A stretch of 63,942 nucleotides of DNA, filler included, from an uncultured Methanosarcinales archaeon (lineage in GTDB: Archaea; Nanobdellota; Nanobdellia; Woesearchaeales; JABMPP01): NCBI GenBank assembly GCA_964604995.1. It is 3 parts of 3 records of this genome, joined end to end, with 100 filler letters (N's around TTAATTAATTAA, not from the genome) between each part and the next. Parts side by side here need not be neighbours in the genome. Positions count along the whole stretch, not along the records: positions 28,899 to 57,320 come from CAZSAD010000024.1; positions 57,421 to 63,942 come from CAZSAD010000054.1; 1 more part is not named here. The stretch is one strand, 5' to 3'. Of the stretch, positions 47,851 through 58,103 are shown piece by piece. The translations under genes were made by a program, and so were the position numbers. A model generated the notes under the pieces. It was not told where the DNA came from, ran no database searches, and worked only from the letters and a program-made list of their open reading frames with translations. The first letter of the stretch is position 1, and the number at the start of each line of letters is the position of its first letter.

Positions 47851-48730
47851 ATCCCCCACCACCAAATCCACCTCCACCACCAGAGAATCCTCCGAAACCT
47901 CCGCCGCCTAGACCTCCTCCAAAATTACCACCGCCTCCCCTACCTCCAAAAAGTAAGGGAATTGTACTGTAATAATATTTGTCATTTTTAGCATTTTTTT
48001 TCATCTTTGAATTTTTTGTAAATTTGTTAATTGAAATTATAATTATTAAAAAGATGATCCAAGGTAAAAGTGGCAAAATCAAATTAAAAATAAAAAGTGA
48101 GATTAAAGTAGTAGATGATGTAATTTTTTCATCTTCATTTTGTAATTTTAATATGTCTGCATCAGTAGAATTCATCAAAATTTTTGTGACAACATTTACC
48201 CCATTTAAAATACCTTGTTGAAAATCACCATTTTTAAAATTTGTAACCATATAATCCCTTGAAACTCTTCCAAGCAAAGGCGAATTTAGTGTACTTTCTA
48301 CACCATATCCTACTTCCCATCTATATTTTCTATCTTGAGTTGCTAAATAAAAAAGTACACCATTATCAGCACCTGATTTTCCAATTTTATTAGTTTCTGC
48401 AATTTTTAATGTTCTTTCTTCAAGTGTTGTTCCATCCGGGATATTTTCTTCAGTATAAATTATAAATTGCACACCATTAGTATCTTTTTCTAATTGCCTA
48501 AGCGAAGATTCTAATAATTCTTTAGTTTCCAAATCTAGAACATTAGCAGTATCAATAACATATGAATTAATTAGGGGTGCATTTGGATTAGTGCTTTGTG
48601 CCAAAACAGGATTGCTATTCAAACTAATTAAACTAATAATACCCATAAAAACACTAAAAGCAACTAAAGTTAAAACTAACCAATTCTTAAAAAAATATAA
48701 ATTAAGAAAAAAATAAGTTTTATTTTTCAT
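47834..48730 (-). CDS. TPM-domain protein with Gly-rich tail
   Basis: DNGVLF...EVGYGVE; FSGGGGGFGGGGSSGGF. Confidence 0.9.
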   Translation of the reverse strand: MKNKTYFFLNLYFFKNWLVLTLVAFSVFMGIISLISLNSNPVLAQSTNPNAPLINSYVIDTANVLDLETKELLESSLRQLEKDTNGVQFIIYTEENIPDGTTLEERTLKIAETNKIGKSGADNGVLFYLATQDRKYRWEVGYGVESTLNSPLLGRVSRDYMVTNFKNGDFQQGILNGVNVVTKILMNSTDADILKLQNEDEKITSSTTLISLFIFNLILPLLPWIIFLIIIISINKFTKNSKMKKNAKNDKYYYSTIPLLFGGRGGGGNFGGGLGGGGFGGFSGGGGGFGGGGSSGGF

Positions 48731-48771
48731 TTGATTTTAGTTTTGTGAGGGTTGTTAAAGACTCAAAATAA

Positions 48772-49398
48772 TCAAGGAAAATTTACAACAGGTGCATTTT
48801 GTGAGCCTTCTGCTGCATTGAAATAATCTCTTTGAGTATACCCTAAATTTCCAGCAATCAAATTAGTTGGAAATACTTTGATTTTAGTATTAAATTGTCT
48901 AACTAAATCATTGTACCTTCCCCTTTCTACTGCAATTTTATTTTCAGTATTAGCAAGCTCGTCTTGTAGTGCTATAAAATTTGCACTTGCTTTCAAATCT
49001 GGATAGTTTTCAGAAATTATCAAAAGCTTTGATAAAGCAGATTCTATCTGATTTGCAGTTTGTACTTTTTGATTGACAGATTCTGCAGTCTGCCACTGAC
49101 TTCTAAGACTAGTTATACTTTCAAGCGTACTCTTCTCGAAATTTGCATAACCTTGAACAGTGTTTACAAAATTAGGAATCAAATCAACTCTTCTTTGATA
49201 TTGCACTTCAACTTGTGCCCAACCATTATTCACACTTTGGTCTAATTTTACTAAAGAATTGTATGTTGATACATACCAAAAAACAACTAAAAGTATTAAT
49301 GCTAATACAACTCCACCAACAATCAGCCAGGTTTTATTACCTGATGAAGTTTTTGAACTATTTGTCTGTTCACTTGAATTTTTTGGATTTTTTACCAT
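48772..49398 (-). CDS. lemA: LemA family protein
   Basis: YNSLV, QYQRRVDLIPN, ENYPDLKA, ENKIAVER..YN. Confidence 0.93.
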   Translation of the reverse strand: MVKNPKNSSEQTNSSKTSSGNKTWLIVGGVVLALILLVVFWYVSTYNSLVKLDQSVNNGWAQVEVQYQRRVDLIPNFVNTVQGYANFEKSTLESITSLRSQWQTAESVNQKVQTANQIESALSKLLIISENYPDLKASANFIALQDELANTENKIAVERGRYNDLVRQFNTKIKVFPTNLIAGNLGYTQRDYFNAAEGSQNAPVVNFP

Positions 49399-49648
49399 TT
49401 TTACCTCCAACTAATTTTTTATTAGGATTATTTTTTGGATTATTTTTTCTTAAAATACTTTCTTTAGTTTCCCCATATAAAATTGCAATTTCGTCTCCAT
49501 CTACCCACATTCCATTGCAATTATCACATACATCTAAAACTATTCCTTTTGGATGAGTGAGTTTTCTCATTTTATAATTAAAAAAAATAGAAGAACATCT
49601 AGGGCAATTTAATATTTTGTCTATTTTGCATTTTTTTTGTTTTTCCAT
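49370..49648 (-). CDS. zinc-ribbon (zf-TFIIB-like) protein
   Basis: CPRC...LDVCDNCNGMWVDGDE. Confidence 0.8.
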   Translation of the reverse strand: MEKQKKCKIDKILNCPRCSSIFFNYKMRKLTHPKGIVLDVCDNCNGMWVDGDEIAILYGETKESILRKNNPKNNPNKKLVGGKNGKKSKKFK

Positions 49649-49909
49649 TTTATTGTTTTACCAGTTTTATCATTTTTATTTTCTTATTATCTTGTTTGTG
49701 TTATTTATTCATCTTTACTTTAAAAATCTTGTTATAAATTATAGAGAGTAAATAAATTAAGCAAAGATATACACCAATTAAGAAGAATAAAGTTTTAAAG
49801 AAGTACAATTTCATAAATATGTTAACCAACATGACATACCAACATGACCTCCTTTCGCTTCTAGGAAAAATATTAAATGAAGCACTATGTTAAACCATGT
49901 TAAAATACT

Positions 49910-51067
49910 ATGAAAAATGAAAACGCAGAATTAGATAAGGTAATTAAACAAGCAAACAAAGAAATTAATAAAATAATCCCTTTGATTAAAAGTGGATCCC
50001 ATGAAACCAAAATAAAAAAAAGCACAAAAAGTGATAATTTTGATGAGATATTTTCTGTAGCAAAAGCAAGAATTCTAAATTCTAAAATAAAAAAATTGCC
50101 TGCTGAATTTTTTTTTAATGAGGAAGATTTAAGATGGGCAACAAACCAGATTGTTGCAAATTATAGGGCAATTAGATTAGAATGTGATATAATTGTAGAT
50201 GTGGGATGCGGTATAGGTATGCAAGCAATCGCATTTGCCAAAACCTGCAATAAAGTAATAGCGATTGATATTGACCCAAAAAAAATAGAATATGCCACAT
50301 TGAATGCTAAAATAGCTGGAGTTGATAACATAGAATTTATCTGCAAAGATGCAAAAGATGTTAGAGGCACAATTACAAAAGCAGATACTATTTTTTGTGA
50401 CCCTCAAAGACCTGCACAAGAAGCAACAAGAAAATTAGAATCACTTTCCCCAAACATACCTGAATTAATAAAAGCATTTGATTATTTGACACCAAATTTT
50501 TGTATTGAATTGCCCCCACAAATGCGAGAAATCCCACTAGATTGTGAAAAAGAATATATTTCAATAAACCATGAAGTTAATAGATTAAATGCATACTTGG
50601 GTAAATTAAAGCAATGTGAATTTAGTGCATGTATACTCAAAGAAAATGGAGAAGTAAAAGATGTTTTTCGATTGACAAGTAATGATGAAGAAATGATTTA
50701 TGCATATGCTTCACCACTTAAATATATTTTTGAAATAGACTCTTCAGTAGAAAAAGCTAATCTCAAAAATCGAATCCCAATTGAAGGTCTTTTTTTCTTT
50801 AATAAATATTTAACCTGTGAAAAAAGTCAAAACAGTGAATTTTTCAAAGCAGGTTATAGAATTTTAAAAGAAGTTAATAATCATAAAACAGACATACAAG
50901 AATACCTCAAATTACATGAAGCAAGCAAAGCAATTCTTCATGGCAATATTGATCCAAACGATTATTGGGAACTAAGAAAGTATTATGAAGAAGGATTAGA
51001 TGGAAATAAAACTTTACATCTTTTTATAGTAGAAGATCAAGCATTAATCTGTGAAAAAATATTCTAA
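49910..51067 (+). CDS. SAM-dependent methyltransferase (Tgs1/THUMP-like RNA MTase)
   Basis: LRWAT..VANYRA, DVGCGIG, FCDPQRP. Confidence 0.8.
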   Translation: MKNENAELDKVIKQANKEINKIIPLIKSGSHETKIKKSTKSDNFDEIFSVAKARILNSKIKKLPAEFFFNEEDLRWATNQIVANYRAIRLECDIIVDVGCGIGMQAIAFAKTCNKVIAIDIDPKKIEYATLNAKIAGVDNIEFICKDAKDVRGTITKADTIFCDPQRPAQEATRKLESLSPNIPELIKAFDYLTPNFCIELPPQMREIPLDCEKEYISINHEVNRLNAYLGKLKQCEFSACILKENGEVKDVFRLTSNDEEMIYAYASPLKYIFEIDSSVEKANLKNRIPIEGLFFFNKYLTCEKSQNSEFFKAGYRILKEVNNHKTDIQEYLKLHEASKAILHGNIDPNDYWELRKYYEEGLDGNKTLHLFIVEDQALICEKIF

Positions 51068-51081
51068 AAAAGTTCAAAAAA

Positions 51082-51462
51082 TTAAATTTTGCAAGATTGC
51101 GCTTCAACATTAACTAATTCAAATCCAACTGGAATTTTTGGCGCTTTTGTTTTACATGCGTAAGTTTTTTCATAAAGCTGACAAGCTCCAGTAACTGTAA
51201 CTTTAATATCTGAGTTTAACCTATCTGAAAAAGTGTAAATTGTCTTGCATTCTTGCAAACATTCTTTAGAATTGCATAAAATACCCTCACAATTATTATC
51301 ACCTAGGACACAGTTAGAATTAGAATCATCTAAATAAGATCCTGCAGCACCAGTAGTTTCTATTTCATTCAATCGCTTTTGAGAAAGTGAAAGTAATGTG
51401 CCTACAATTATTATACTTACAAAAATCCAAAGTACAATTTTACCAAAGTGTTTATCTTCCAT
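51082..51462 (-). CDS. membrane-anchored Cys-rich protein
   Basis: N-terminal TM, TTGAA, multiple Cys. Confidence 0.65.
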   Translation of the reverse strand: MEDKHFGKIVLWIFVSIIIVGTLLSLSQKRLNEIETTGAAGSYLDDSNSNCVLGDNNCEGILCNSKECLQECKTIYTFSDRLNSDIKVTVTGACQLYEKTYACKTKAPKIPVGFELVNVEAQSCKI

Positions 51463-51591
51463 ATTATTAACTTAAGTTTGTAGTTTGGACTATAAATATT
51501 TTTCTAAATATGTTTCTACATTTTATAACTAAAAATTAATCAAAGAGATATTACAAAAAATTTAAAATATAAAAGAATATTTGTAAAAATT

Positions 51592-52005
51592 ATGAAATCT
51601 TTTACAGAATATTTGTGGTTTACAACAAAAAAGAAAACTGATTTTATTAATATTAACGATCAAATAGAAGAATGTATCAAAAAATCAGGTATTAAAGAAG
51701 GTTTGGTCTTGATTAATCCAATGCATATAACTGCGGCAGTTTATGTTAATGATGCTGAATCTGGTTTAATTGAAGATTTTAAAGCATGGACTGAAAAATT
51801 AGCGCCATCTGGATTAAATTATAAACATCACTACACAGGTGAAGATAATGCTGATGCACACCTTAAAAGACAGTTAATGGGCCACCAAGTAACTATGGCA
51901 ATAACTGCAGGAAAATTAGATTTAGGCCCGTGGGAGCAAATTTATTATGCTGAATTTGATGGTATGAGGAAAAAAAGAGTTCTTGTTAAAATAATAGGAG
52001 AATAA
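51592..52005 (+). CDS. YjbQ/UPF0047 family protein
   Basis: [27 protein letters not shown]. Confidence 0.92.
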   Translation: MKSFTEYLWFTTKKKTDFININDQIEECIKKSGIKEGLVLINPMHITAAVYVNDAESGLIEDFKAWTEKLAPSGLNYKHHYTGEDNADAHLKRQLMGHQVTMAITAGKLDLGPWEQIYYAEFDGMRKKRVLVKIIGE

Positions 52006-52073
52006 ATAAGTTCTAAAGAGATAACTATTCTAAACATTTAATATTTCACTATTATAGTGGTGTTTTAATCAAA

Positions 52074-52952
52074 TTAGTTATTTTCACTTTTTATTATTTC
52101 AGAAGTTAATGCTTCGTCTACATGCTTTTCCATAATTTTTTTAACTCCTTTAGAGCATGCTAACTTTAAGATATCCTCACAATTTTCAAGAAATTCCCTA
52201 GGGTTTCTACCAGAACGATTGAAAATGTAAGATAACATTTCATCATTAACAATTGCAACATTTCCAATTCTTTTACGAACCATATCAATTGCACTTTTAT
52301 CTGGAAGATCCAAAAGAGAAATAAATCTTATATTATTATCATTTTTATCAATTTCCATAACTAACCTATTAGTATTATCAGTTGTCATGATAACTGCCTT
52401 GATGTTGTTTGGAATATGCTCTTTAATTTTCTCAAAATCTTTTTTGCTAAGTTCATATGCTTCATCTAAAAGAAGAACCATATCTTTGCCTTTAATTTTG
52501 AAAAGTTTTCCAAAAATACCATATCTGCCTTGTAATAAACTATCAATATCCAGCTCTTTTTGAATCCTATTACAAGAATAATAACATACTTTTTTATTAC
52601 CTTTGTAATGATTAATAATAAATTTAAGAATGGAGGTCTTTCCACTACCATATTCTCCTTCAATTATCACTAATTTATTATTGGTGATATGGCTTTCTAT
52701 TTCATCAATGATATAACCGTAACCTTCAAGGTCATTAGTAAAAAAAGCAGGCTTTATTGTAAGTGGATTTTCATTAAACCCAAGCGTCTTGTACCAAAGT
52801 TGGAGTGGAGCTTTTTTGTTCTTGTTTATCTTCTTGCGTGTTTGAATCTTCTTTGTTTGTCGATTGCTCATGGAAACTGCCTTGTTCGTTTTGCTCTTCT
52901 CCTTGTTTGAAATCTTCAAATTGTTCTGCTTCTTGTTTTTTGCTCTTGCCAT
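52074..52952 (-). CDS. P-loop AAA-type ATPase
   Basis: GEYGSGKT, LLLDEA, GRNPRE; start uncertain (overlap). Confidence 0.82.
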   Translation of the reverse strand: MARAKNKKQNNLKISNKEKSKTNKAVSMSNRQTKKIQTRKKINKNKKAPLQLWYKTLGFNENPLTIKPAFFTNDLEGYGYIIDEIESHITNNKLVIIEGEYGSGKTSILKFIINHYKGNKKVCYYSCNRIQKELDIDSLLQGRYGIFGKLFKIKGKDMVLLLDEAYELSKKDFEKIKEHIPNNIKAVIMTTDNTNRLVMEIDKNDNNIRFISLLDLPDKSAIDMVRKRIGNVAIVNDEMLSYIFNRSGRNPREFLENCEDILKLACSKGVKKIMEKHVDEALTSEIIKSENN

Positions 52953-53649
52953 ATATTTTTTCCTCTAATTCATCTTCATCTATTGAATAAATAGAATTAT
53001 CAGCCATATATTGTAATGTTTTTTTAGTATCTGCTAAAAATATTTTTAAATCACCATTACTGTTTTCATATAATATTTTAAGACCCGCATTATTGATTTT
53101 GTGACTACCTATCCTATTTTTCATCATTTTAATAGCATCTTTTTCCTTTAAAGGCCTAATTTGTATTACACGTCTACCTATCCTTTGCCAAAGACTACCT
53201 GAAAATTTTACTTTGACCCTATTTTCAGATGTAAAAATAACTGATTTGATATTTCCCTGATCAAAAAAATATTTTATTGCCTCGCTATTTTTGTGGTCTA
53301 ATTTTTGAATATTATCTAAAAGAACGATCATTTCCATTGGAAACTTCTTGAGAAGTTTATCCAACCAACCAAATTTCTCAATTAATAATTTTTCCATATC
53401 TACCCCTTTTGTTAGATTTTTACAGTCGAGATAAACAACTTGTTGTTTTCCCCTATATTTTTTGATTATTTCTTGAAGTAATGAAGTTTTACCACTGCCC
53501 AAACTACCTTCAACAAATACTAAATCACCTGCTTGAACCCTATATAATAATTCATTAACTATCTCTTCTTGACCAACTACATCAAAAGAATAGTCAACTT
53601 CAGAAAGAACATCTTTCTTGAAATGAAAATATTTTATCCATTGTTCCAT
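52774..53649 (-). CDS. P-loop AAA-type ATPase, paralog of downstream gene
   Basis: GSLGSGKT, VLLDN; acidic C-terminal tail. Confidence 0.82.
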   Translation of the reverse strand: MEQWIKYFHFKKDVLSEVDYSFDVVGQEEIVNELLYRVQAGDLVFVEGSLGSGKTSLLQEIIKKYRGKQQVVYLDCKNLTKGVDMEKLLIEKFGWLDKLLKKFPMEMIVLLDNIQKLDHKNSEAIKYFFDQGNIKSVIFTSENRVKVKFSGSLWQRIGRRVIQIRPLKEKDAIKMMKNRIGSHKINNAGLKILYENSNGDLKIFLADTKKTLQYMADNSIYSIDEDELEEKIYGKSKKQEAEQFEDFKQGEEQNEQGSFHEQSTNKEDSNTQEDKQEQKSSTPTLVQDAWV

Positions 53650-53685
53650 TTTAACTTGCCAGTGCCTCTGTCGATACTATTAAAT

Positions 53686-53754
53686 TATCCTTAAGTTATC
53701 TTCCTTAAGAGTCGTTATCCTTAATTTTTTTAAGTTATCTTTAAGTCATCCTTA
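53686..53754. repeat. degenerate TTATCCTTAAG repeats upstream of the ATPase pair
   Basis: About five imperfect copies. Confidence 0.55.
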
Positions 53755-53991
53755 TTTGGTTTCAAGATGTTTTTACTTTAAAATAGTTTAACTTTACTCA
53801 TCCCATATAAAAATCTTTTGCCAGCAAGAAATTAGCCCATATACTAATTTTAGTAGAATTTATAACATTTTTGAATGAATAAACAATAAACTATTTAAAT
53901 AACAAATATAATAAATAGAGTAAATAGTTATTTTCTTTTTCCGACAATAGCTATTAACTTTTATTTGCTATTAACCATGGGGGTGAAAGGT

Positions 53992-54417
53992 ATGCAAGTT
54001 AAAGATATAATGTATCCTGCTCATAAGATGGATGCTAATTCTACAATAGTTGAAGCTGCCAAGTTTGTAACTGAACACGAAATAGGTTCAGTTTTTATTG
54101 AATCAAGAAAAAAAATTGTGGGAATTGTAACTGAAAGAGATATTGTTAGAAAAATAGTATCAAAAGGATTAGACGCAAGGCGCATTATGGTATATGAAAT
54201 AATGTCTGCTCCAATAATTAGTGTTTCTCCTGAAACTGGTTTAGAGGAAGCTGCTGATATCATGTCGAAAAATAAGATTAGACGCCTTGGTATAATAGAG
54301 AATGGACACATTGTTGGCAAAGTAACCCAAAATTTAATTGGTAAAAATCTTAAGTATTACATGAGTGTTAAATTATTCAAAAGAGAAGAATCTCCCGGAA
54401 TTTGGAGCAGGTTGTGA
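53992..54417 (+). CDS. CBS-domain pair protein
   Basis: VGIVTERDI, IMSAPIISV, IRRL; GGGGTG RBS before MQVKD. Confidence 0.9.
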   Translation: MQVKDIMYPAHKMDANSTIVEAAKFVTEHEIGSVFIESRKKIVGIVTERDIVRKIVSKGLDARRIMVYEIMSAPIISVSPETGLEEAADIMSKNKIRRLGIIENGHIVGKVTQNLIGKNLKYYMSVKLFKREESPGIWSRL

Positions 54418-54489
54418 TATAGTTTATTAAATAGATAACTAAATTATCAAACAATTTAACATCTCAAAATTAAAAAATATTATTTAGGA

Positions 54490-55422
54490 TTATTCATCCC
54501 ATTTAGTTAAAATTTCAACCTTGCCATTTTCATCAATGTATAAAGTATGTTCTGTTTGGCTAACTAATCCATGATTGATATCAACTAATGGAGGATAATC
54601 ATTTAAAACTCCAAGTTGCATTAAATCTTTCATTGCATAGTTAACCTGTGCTAAAGGAAATTTTTTTGCAAGCCACCTTGTAGCGAAAGGCAAACTTTGG
54701 TATTTTTCAATTTCATTGAAAACTTTTTTAGTAATTACATTTCTAATTCCTTTTTTTTGTACAACTGAATAAATAAGTGCGTTTCCAGACTCATAAATTT
54801 GACCTCTGCCCAAAGTTGCAAATGGTTCAATTGCGATAACTGAACCGGGAATAATTTTTTTTGGATCGTGAGTATTGTAATTTGGAATACTTGGAGAATC
54901 ATGAACATTAAATTTACTAAGCCCATGACCGCTAAGATTAGTAATTGGTGAAAAACCATAAGAACTTATTTTCTCTTGAACTGCATTTCCAATGTTTCCA
55001 ATTGAAGCTCCTTGCTTTACAGATTCAATTGCAGCATTTAACGCTTCTTTTGATGCTAAAACAAGATCTGAATATTTTCCAGACAAATCAATAGTTAATG
55101 CTGTATCCCCAATAGCACCATTTACATGAGCACCTACATCAACTTTGACTAATTGGTCTTCAAAAATAAGAGAATCGTCTGTTATTGGCGTATAATGTGC
55201 TGCACAGTCATTTAAAGAAAGATTAACTGGAAATGCTGGTTTTGCTCCAAGCTCAAATATCTTATTTTCTATTAATTCAGCTGCATCAATTAATTTAACT
55301 CCTGGTTTTACAACTGTTCTAGAATATTCCCTAACTTGCCCCGTAATTTTACCAGCAAGTCTCCAATTTTCAAGTTCTTCTTTATCAATAATTTTAATAG
55401 TTTTGTTTGGAGTTTTGTCCAT
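54490..55422 (-). CDS. map: methionine aminopeptidase type II
   Basis: AFPVNLSLNDCAAHYTP, DVGAHVNG, NLSGHG, AIEPFAT, QTEHT. Confidence 0.95.
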   Translation of the reverse strand: MDKTPNKTIKIIDKEELENWRLAGKITGQVREYSRTVVKPGVKLIDAAELIENKIFELGAKPAFPVNLSLNDCAAHYTPITDDSLIFEDQLVKVDVGAHVNGAIGDTALTIDLSGKYSDLVLASKEALNAAIESVKQGASIGNIGNAVQEKISSYGFSPITNLSGHGLSKFNVHDSPSIPNYNTHDPKKIIPGSVIAIEPFATLGRGQIYESGNALIYSVVQKKGIRNVITKKVFNEIEKYQSLPFATRWLAKKFPLAQVNYAMKDLMQLGVLNDYPPLVDINHGLVSQTEHTLYIDENGKVEILTKWDE

Positions 55423-55489
55423 GAATAATCGAAATGTTAACAAGATATAAAGTTTTGTATATATTTAAGATATTTTATACAATATTATT

Positions 55490-56119
55490 TTAGAAAATAT
55501 AACCCGCAAAAATCAAAAATCCGCAAACAATTACCATTGAAAAATAAACCCCTTTGTTCCAATGGAAAACTTTTTGCCCATCAAAATTAAAAAAAGGAAT
55601 TAAATTGAATAGTGCAAGCCATGCATTTATTAAAAATCCATATTCAATAAACTGTGGCCAAAATGGAAAGAAGATTTTGAAACTAAGAAAAAGTAATGCC
55701 AATATTAAATTGGTTAGTGGTCCTGCTAAAGATACAATTCCATTTTTTGTTTTATTAAGATGTGCATGAATAAATACTGCACCCGGTGCAACAAAAACAA
55801 ATCCAAAAAAACTCATCACAACAGCCAAAAGTAACATTTGATCAAATGCCCTAAATTCTGCAAAAGCACCATATTGCTGAGCTACAAGCTTATGTGAAAG
55901 CTCATGTAATAAAAAGCCCATGCCAACAGTAAATGCTGCTATAATCAAAACTAGAGCAAATTCTTTTGTTAATGAAAAACCAGCCATTACAATCCCAAAA
56001 GCAAGTGATACCAAAAGCCACGCTTTTAAAATTTCAGTTATTTCAATGTTTGAAGTGCTAATTGGACCAATTTTTATTGGTCTGTGCACATAATAATTAT
56101 GTGAGTAGGTTACTTTCAT
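55490..56119 (-). CDS. site-2 (M50) membrane metalloprotease
   Basis: HELSH, AGPLTN, FNLIPFFNFDG. Confidence 0.92.
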   Translation of the reverse strand: MKVTYSHNYYVHRPIKIGPISTSNIEITEILKAWLLVSLAFGIVMAGFSLTKEFALVLIIAAFTVGMGFLLHELSHKLVAQQYGAFAEFRAFDQMLLLAVVMSFFGFVFVAPGAVFIHAHLNKTKNGIVSLAGPLTNLILALLFLSFKIFFPFWPQFIEYGFLINAWLALFNLIPFFNFDGQKVFHWNKGVYFSMVIVCGFLIFAGYIF

Positions 56120-56317
56120 GGAATTTAGTTTTGTTTAACCATTTAAATAGGTTACCTGAAATTTTATTTGAAAGCCTTACAAAATTTAAATATCACTTGA
56201 TATCATGTAAATACCCCCGTAAATACTCACGTAAATGCTGAATAACGCAATAATGTTGTATCTAAATAGTAGTTACAAAACGTAAGGTTTATATACTTGT
56301 ACCTTTAATAATAGCCT

Positions 56318-57103
56318 ATGAAAGGTTATAATTCGCTAGTTGAAAGAATAAAAGAGATTCAAACAGATAATAATAAAGAATCAACTTTACAGTTTGTACA
56401 TAAAGAGATATTCAATTCTTATGAAACACATATTGATAAAATGTCTAAATCAGTTCTAATAAACAATTTAATTATATCAACTGATGATTATGCCCCTTTT
56501 GATTATCATTTCACAAACGAATTAGATAGTACAATAGAAACTGCTGAATTATCAACAGTATTAAAAGGAGCTTGTGATTTTGGCCGCCCAGATGAATATG
56601 GAAAAAAAGTTATTTCCAAACTTACTGATTGGGAAAAAATATATTTTTTTGCAGGACTGCATGCCCACCAATTTACTGGTAAAATTTATGAATATTCTAC
56701 TGTTCCAGATTTAATTTCTTTGTATATAAAGGAAGGAATAAACAAAATTTCTGAAAGTCATATGACTAAGTTTCATTCTGGTGAATATGATAAGGGAATT
56801 GTATTACCACAAGCAGAAAATTATCATGTAAAAGGCGAAAAGTTAACCCATGAAAAACAATTGCTCAAAGAACTTTTTTCAAATTTAAAATCCGAAAATT
56901 CCGTTAATGCAACAAATGAAATTGATGAAATCGAAGAAAGAATAAGTATAATGTTAGCAGGAATGTCACTTGTGGATTTAAAGCGTTTAACATCTCATTT
57001 TTTAAATAAAGGAGAAGCATACCGAATTGGAACATTTTGTGTTCCGCCTTACGAATATATTGCAAAAGAAGATGTTAAAAATAAGATAAAAAAGAAAAAA
57101 TAA
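56318..57103 (+). CDS. hypothetical protein
   Basis: 261-aa ORF with TATA upstream. Confidence 0.7.
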   Translation: MKGYNSLVERIKEIQTDNNKESTLQFVHKEIFNSYETHIDKMSKSVLINNLIISTDDYAPFDYHFTNELDSTIETAELSTVLKGACDFGRPDEYGKKVISKLTDWEKIYFFAGLHAHQFTGKIYEYSTVPDLISLYIKEGINKISESHMTKFHSGEYDKGIVLPQAENYHVKGEKLTHEKQLLKELFSNLKSENSVNATNEIDEIEERISIMLAGMSLVDLKRLTSHFLNKGEAYRIGTFCVPPYEYIAKEDVKNKIKKKK

Positions 57104-57320
57104 TCATACTTTTTGATTTTAAAACACAAAATAAGATACTAAAATGGGTTTATAACCCAAAATAGAGTTACTATTGTAATAATTACAAAATTAAGATTAC
57201 TAACGACAACAATATGGAGTGTGTAGTATATATATTATAACACCACAAAGTATATAAATGTAATAAACAATAAATACATTGTAATCATCATACTATATTA
57301 ATAAATTGAGTACGTATACA

Positions 57321-57420
57321 NNNNNNNNNNNNNNNNNNNNNNNNNNNNNNNNNNNNNNNNNNNNTTAATTAATTAANNNNNNNNNNNNNNNNNNNNNNNN
57401 NNNNNNNNNNNNNNNNNNNN
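57321..57420. other. artificial contig-join linker
   Basis: N44-TTAATTAATTAA-N44. Confidence 0.97.
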
Positions 57421-57526
57421 ATACAGTTATCATTAATACAATATAAGTATAAAATCGATATTTTTATATAATAACTCTTACAATATAATAAAAAATAGGG
57501 AATAGTAACAAGTATTATCTTACAAA

Positions 57527-58102
57527 ATGAGTAAAATTATCAATAAAAATGATAAATTATCCTACAATATAAGTAAAGATAGTCATAGGTCCCATCATGA
57601 TATTTATCACAAACATAAAGATCATTTTGATAAAATTGAGGAAGTTTTTAATCATTTAAAAAAACTTGAGGGAATTGAAGAAGATATTATTCTTGAAATT
57701 CTTAATAAAAAAGATAATTTAAAATCAGTTCCAGTTTCAGTTTTTTCAAATTGGTTAGCACCACTTGAAGCTTTAGTTGTTTTTATGAAAGAGAATCTCA
57801 AAATGACTTTTTCACAGATTGCTAAAGAACTAAAAAGAGATTCAAGAACAATATGGTTAACATATAGTAATGCACGAAAGAAAAATATTACAATAAGCAT
57901 TGGAAAAGATAATTTTTTACCAATTGAAATTTTTTCTAATAGGGAGTTTAGCGTTCTTGAAAACTTAGCAGTTTATCTTCATGATATAAAAGGTTACACT
58001 TTCAAAGAGATTTCAAATTTTACAAAAAAAGACAATCGCACAATTTGGACAGTTTATCATAGAGCGAAGAAAAAAATGAGATTACAGATGGGGCAAAATT
58101 AA
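57527..58102 (+). CDS. protein with two tandem HTH repeats
   Basis: Two copies of P..FSN..LE.L..(F/Y)....TF..I....D.RTIW..Y..A.KK. Confidence 0.75.
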   Translation: MSKIINKNDKLSYNISKDSHRSHHDIYHKHKDHFDKIEEVFNHLKKLEGIEEDIILEILNKKDNLKSVPVSVFSNWLAPLEALVVFMKENLKMTFSQIAKELKRDSRTIWLTYSNARKKNITISIGKDNFLPIEIFSNREFSVLENLAVYLHDIKGYTFKEISNFTKKDNRTIWTVYHRAKKKMRLQMGQN

Positions 58103-58103
58103 A

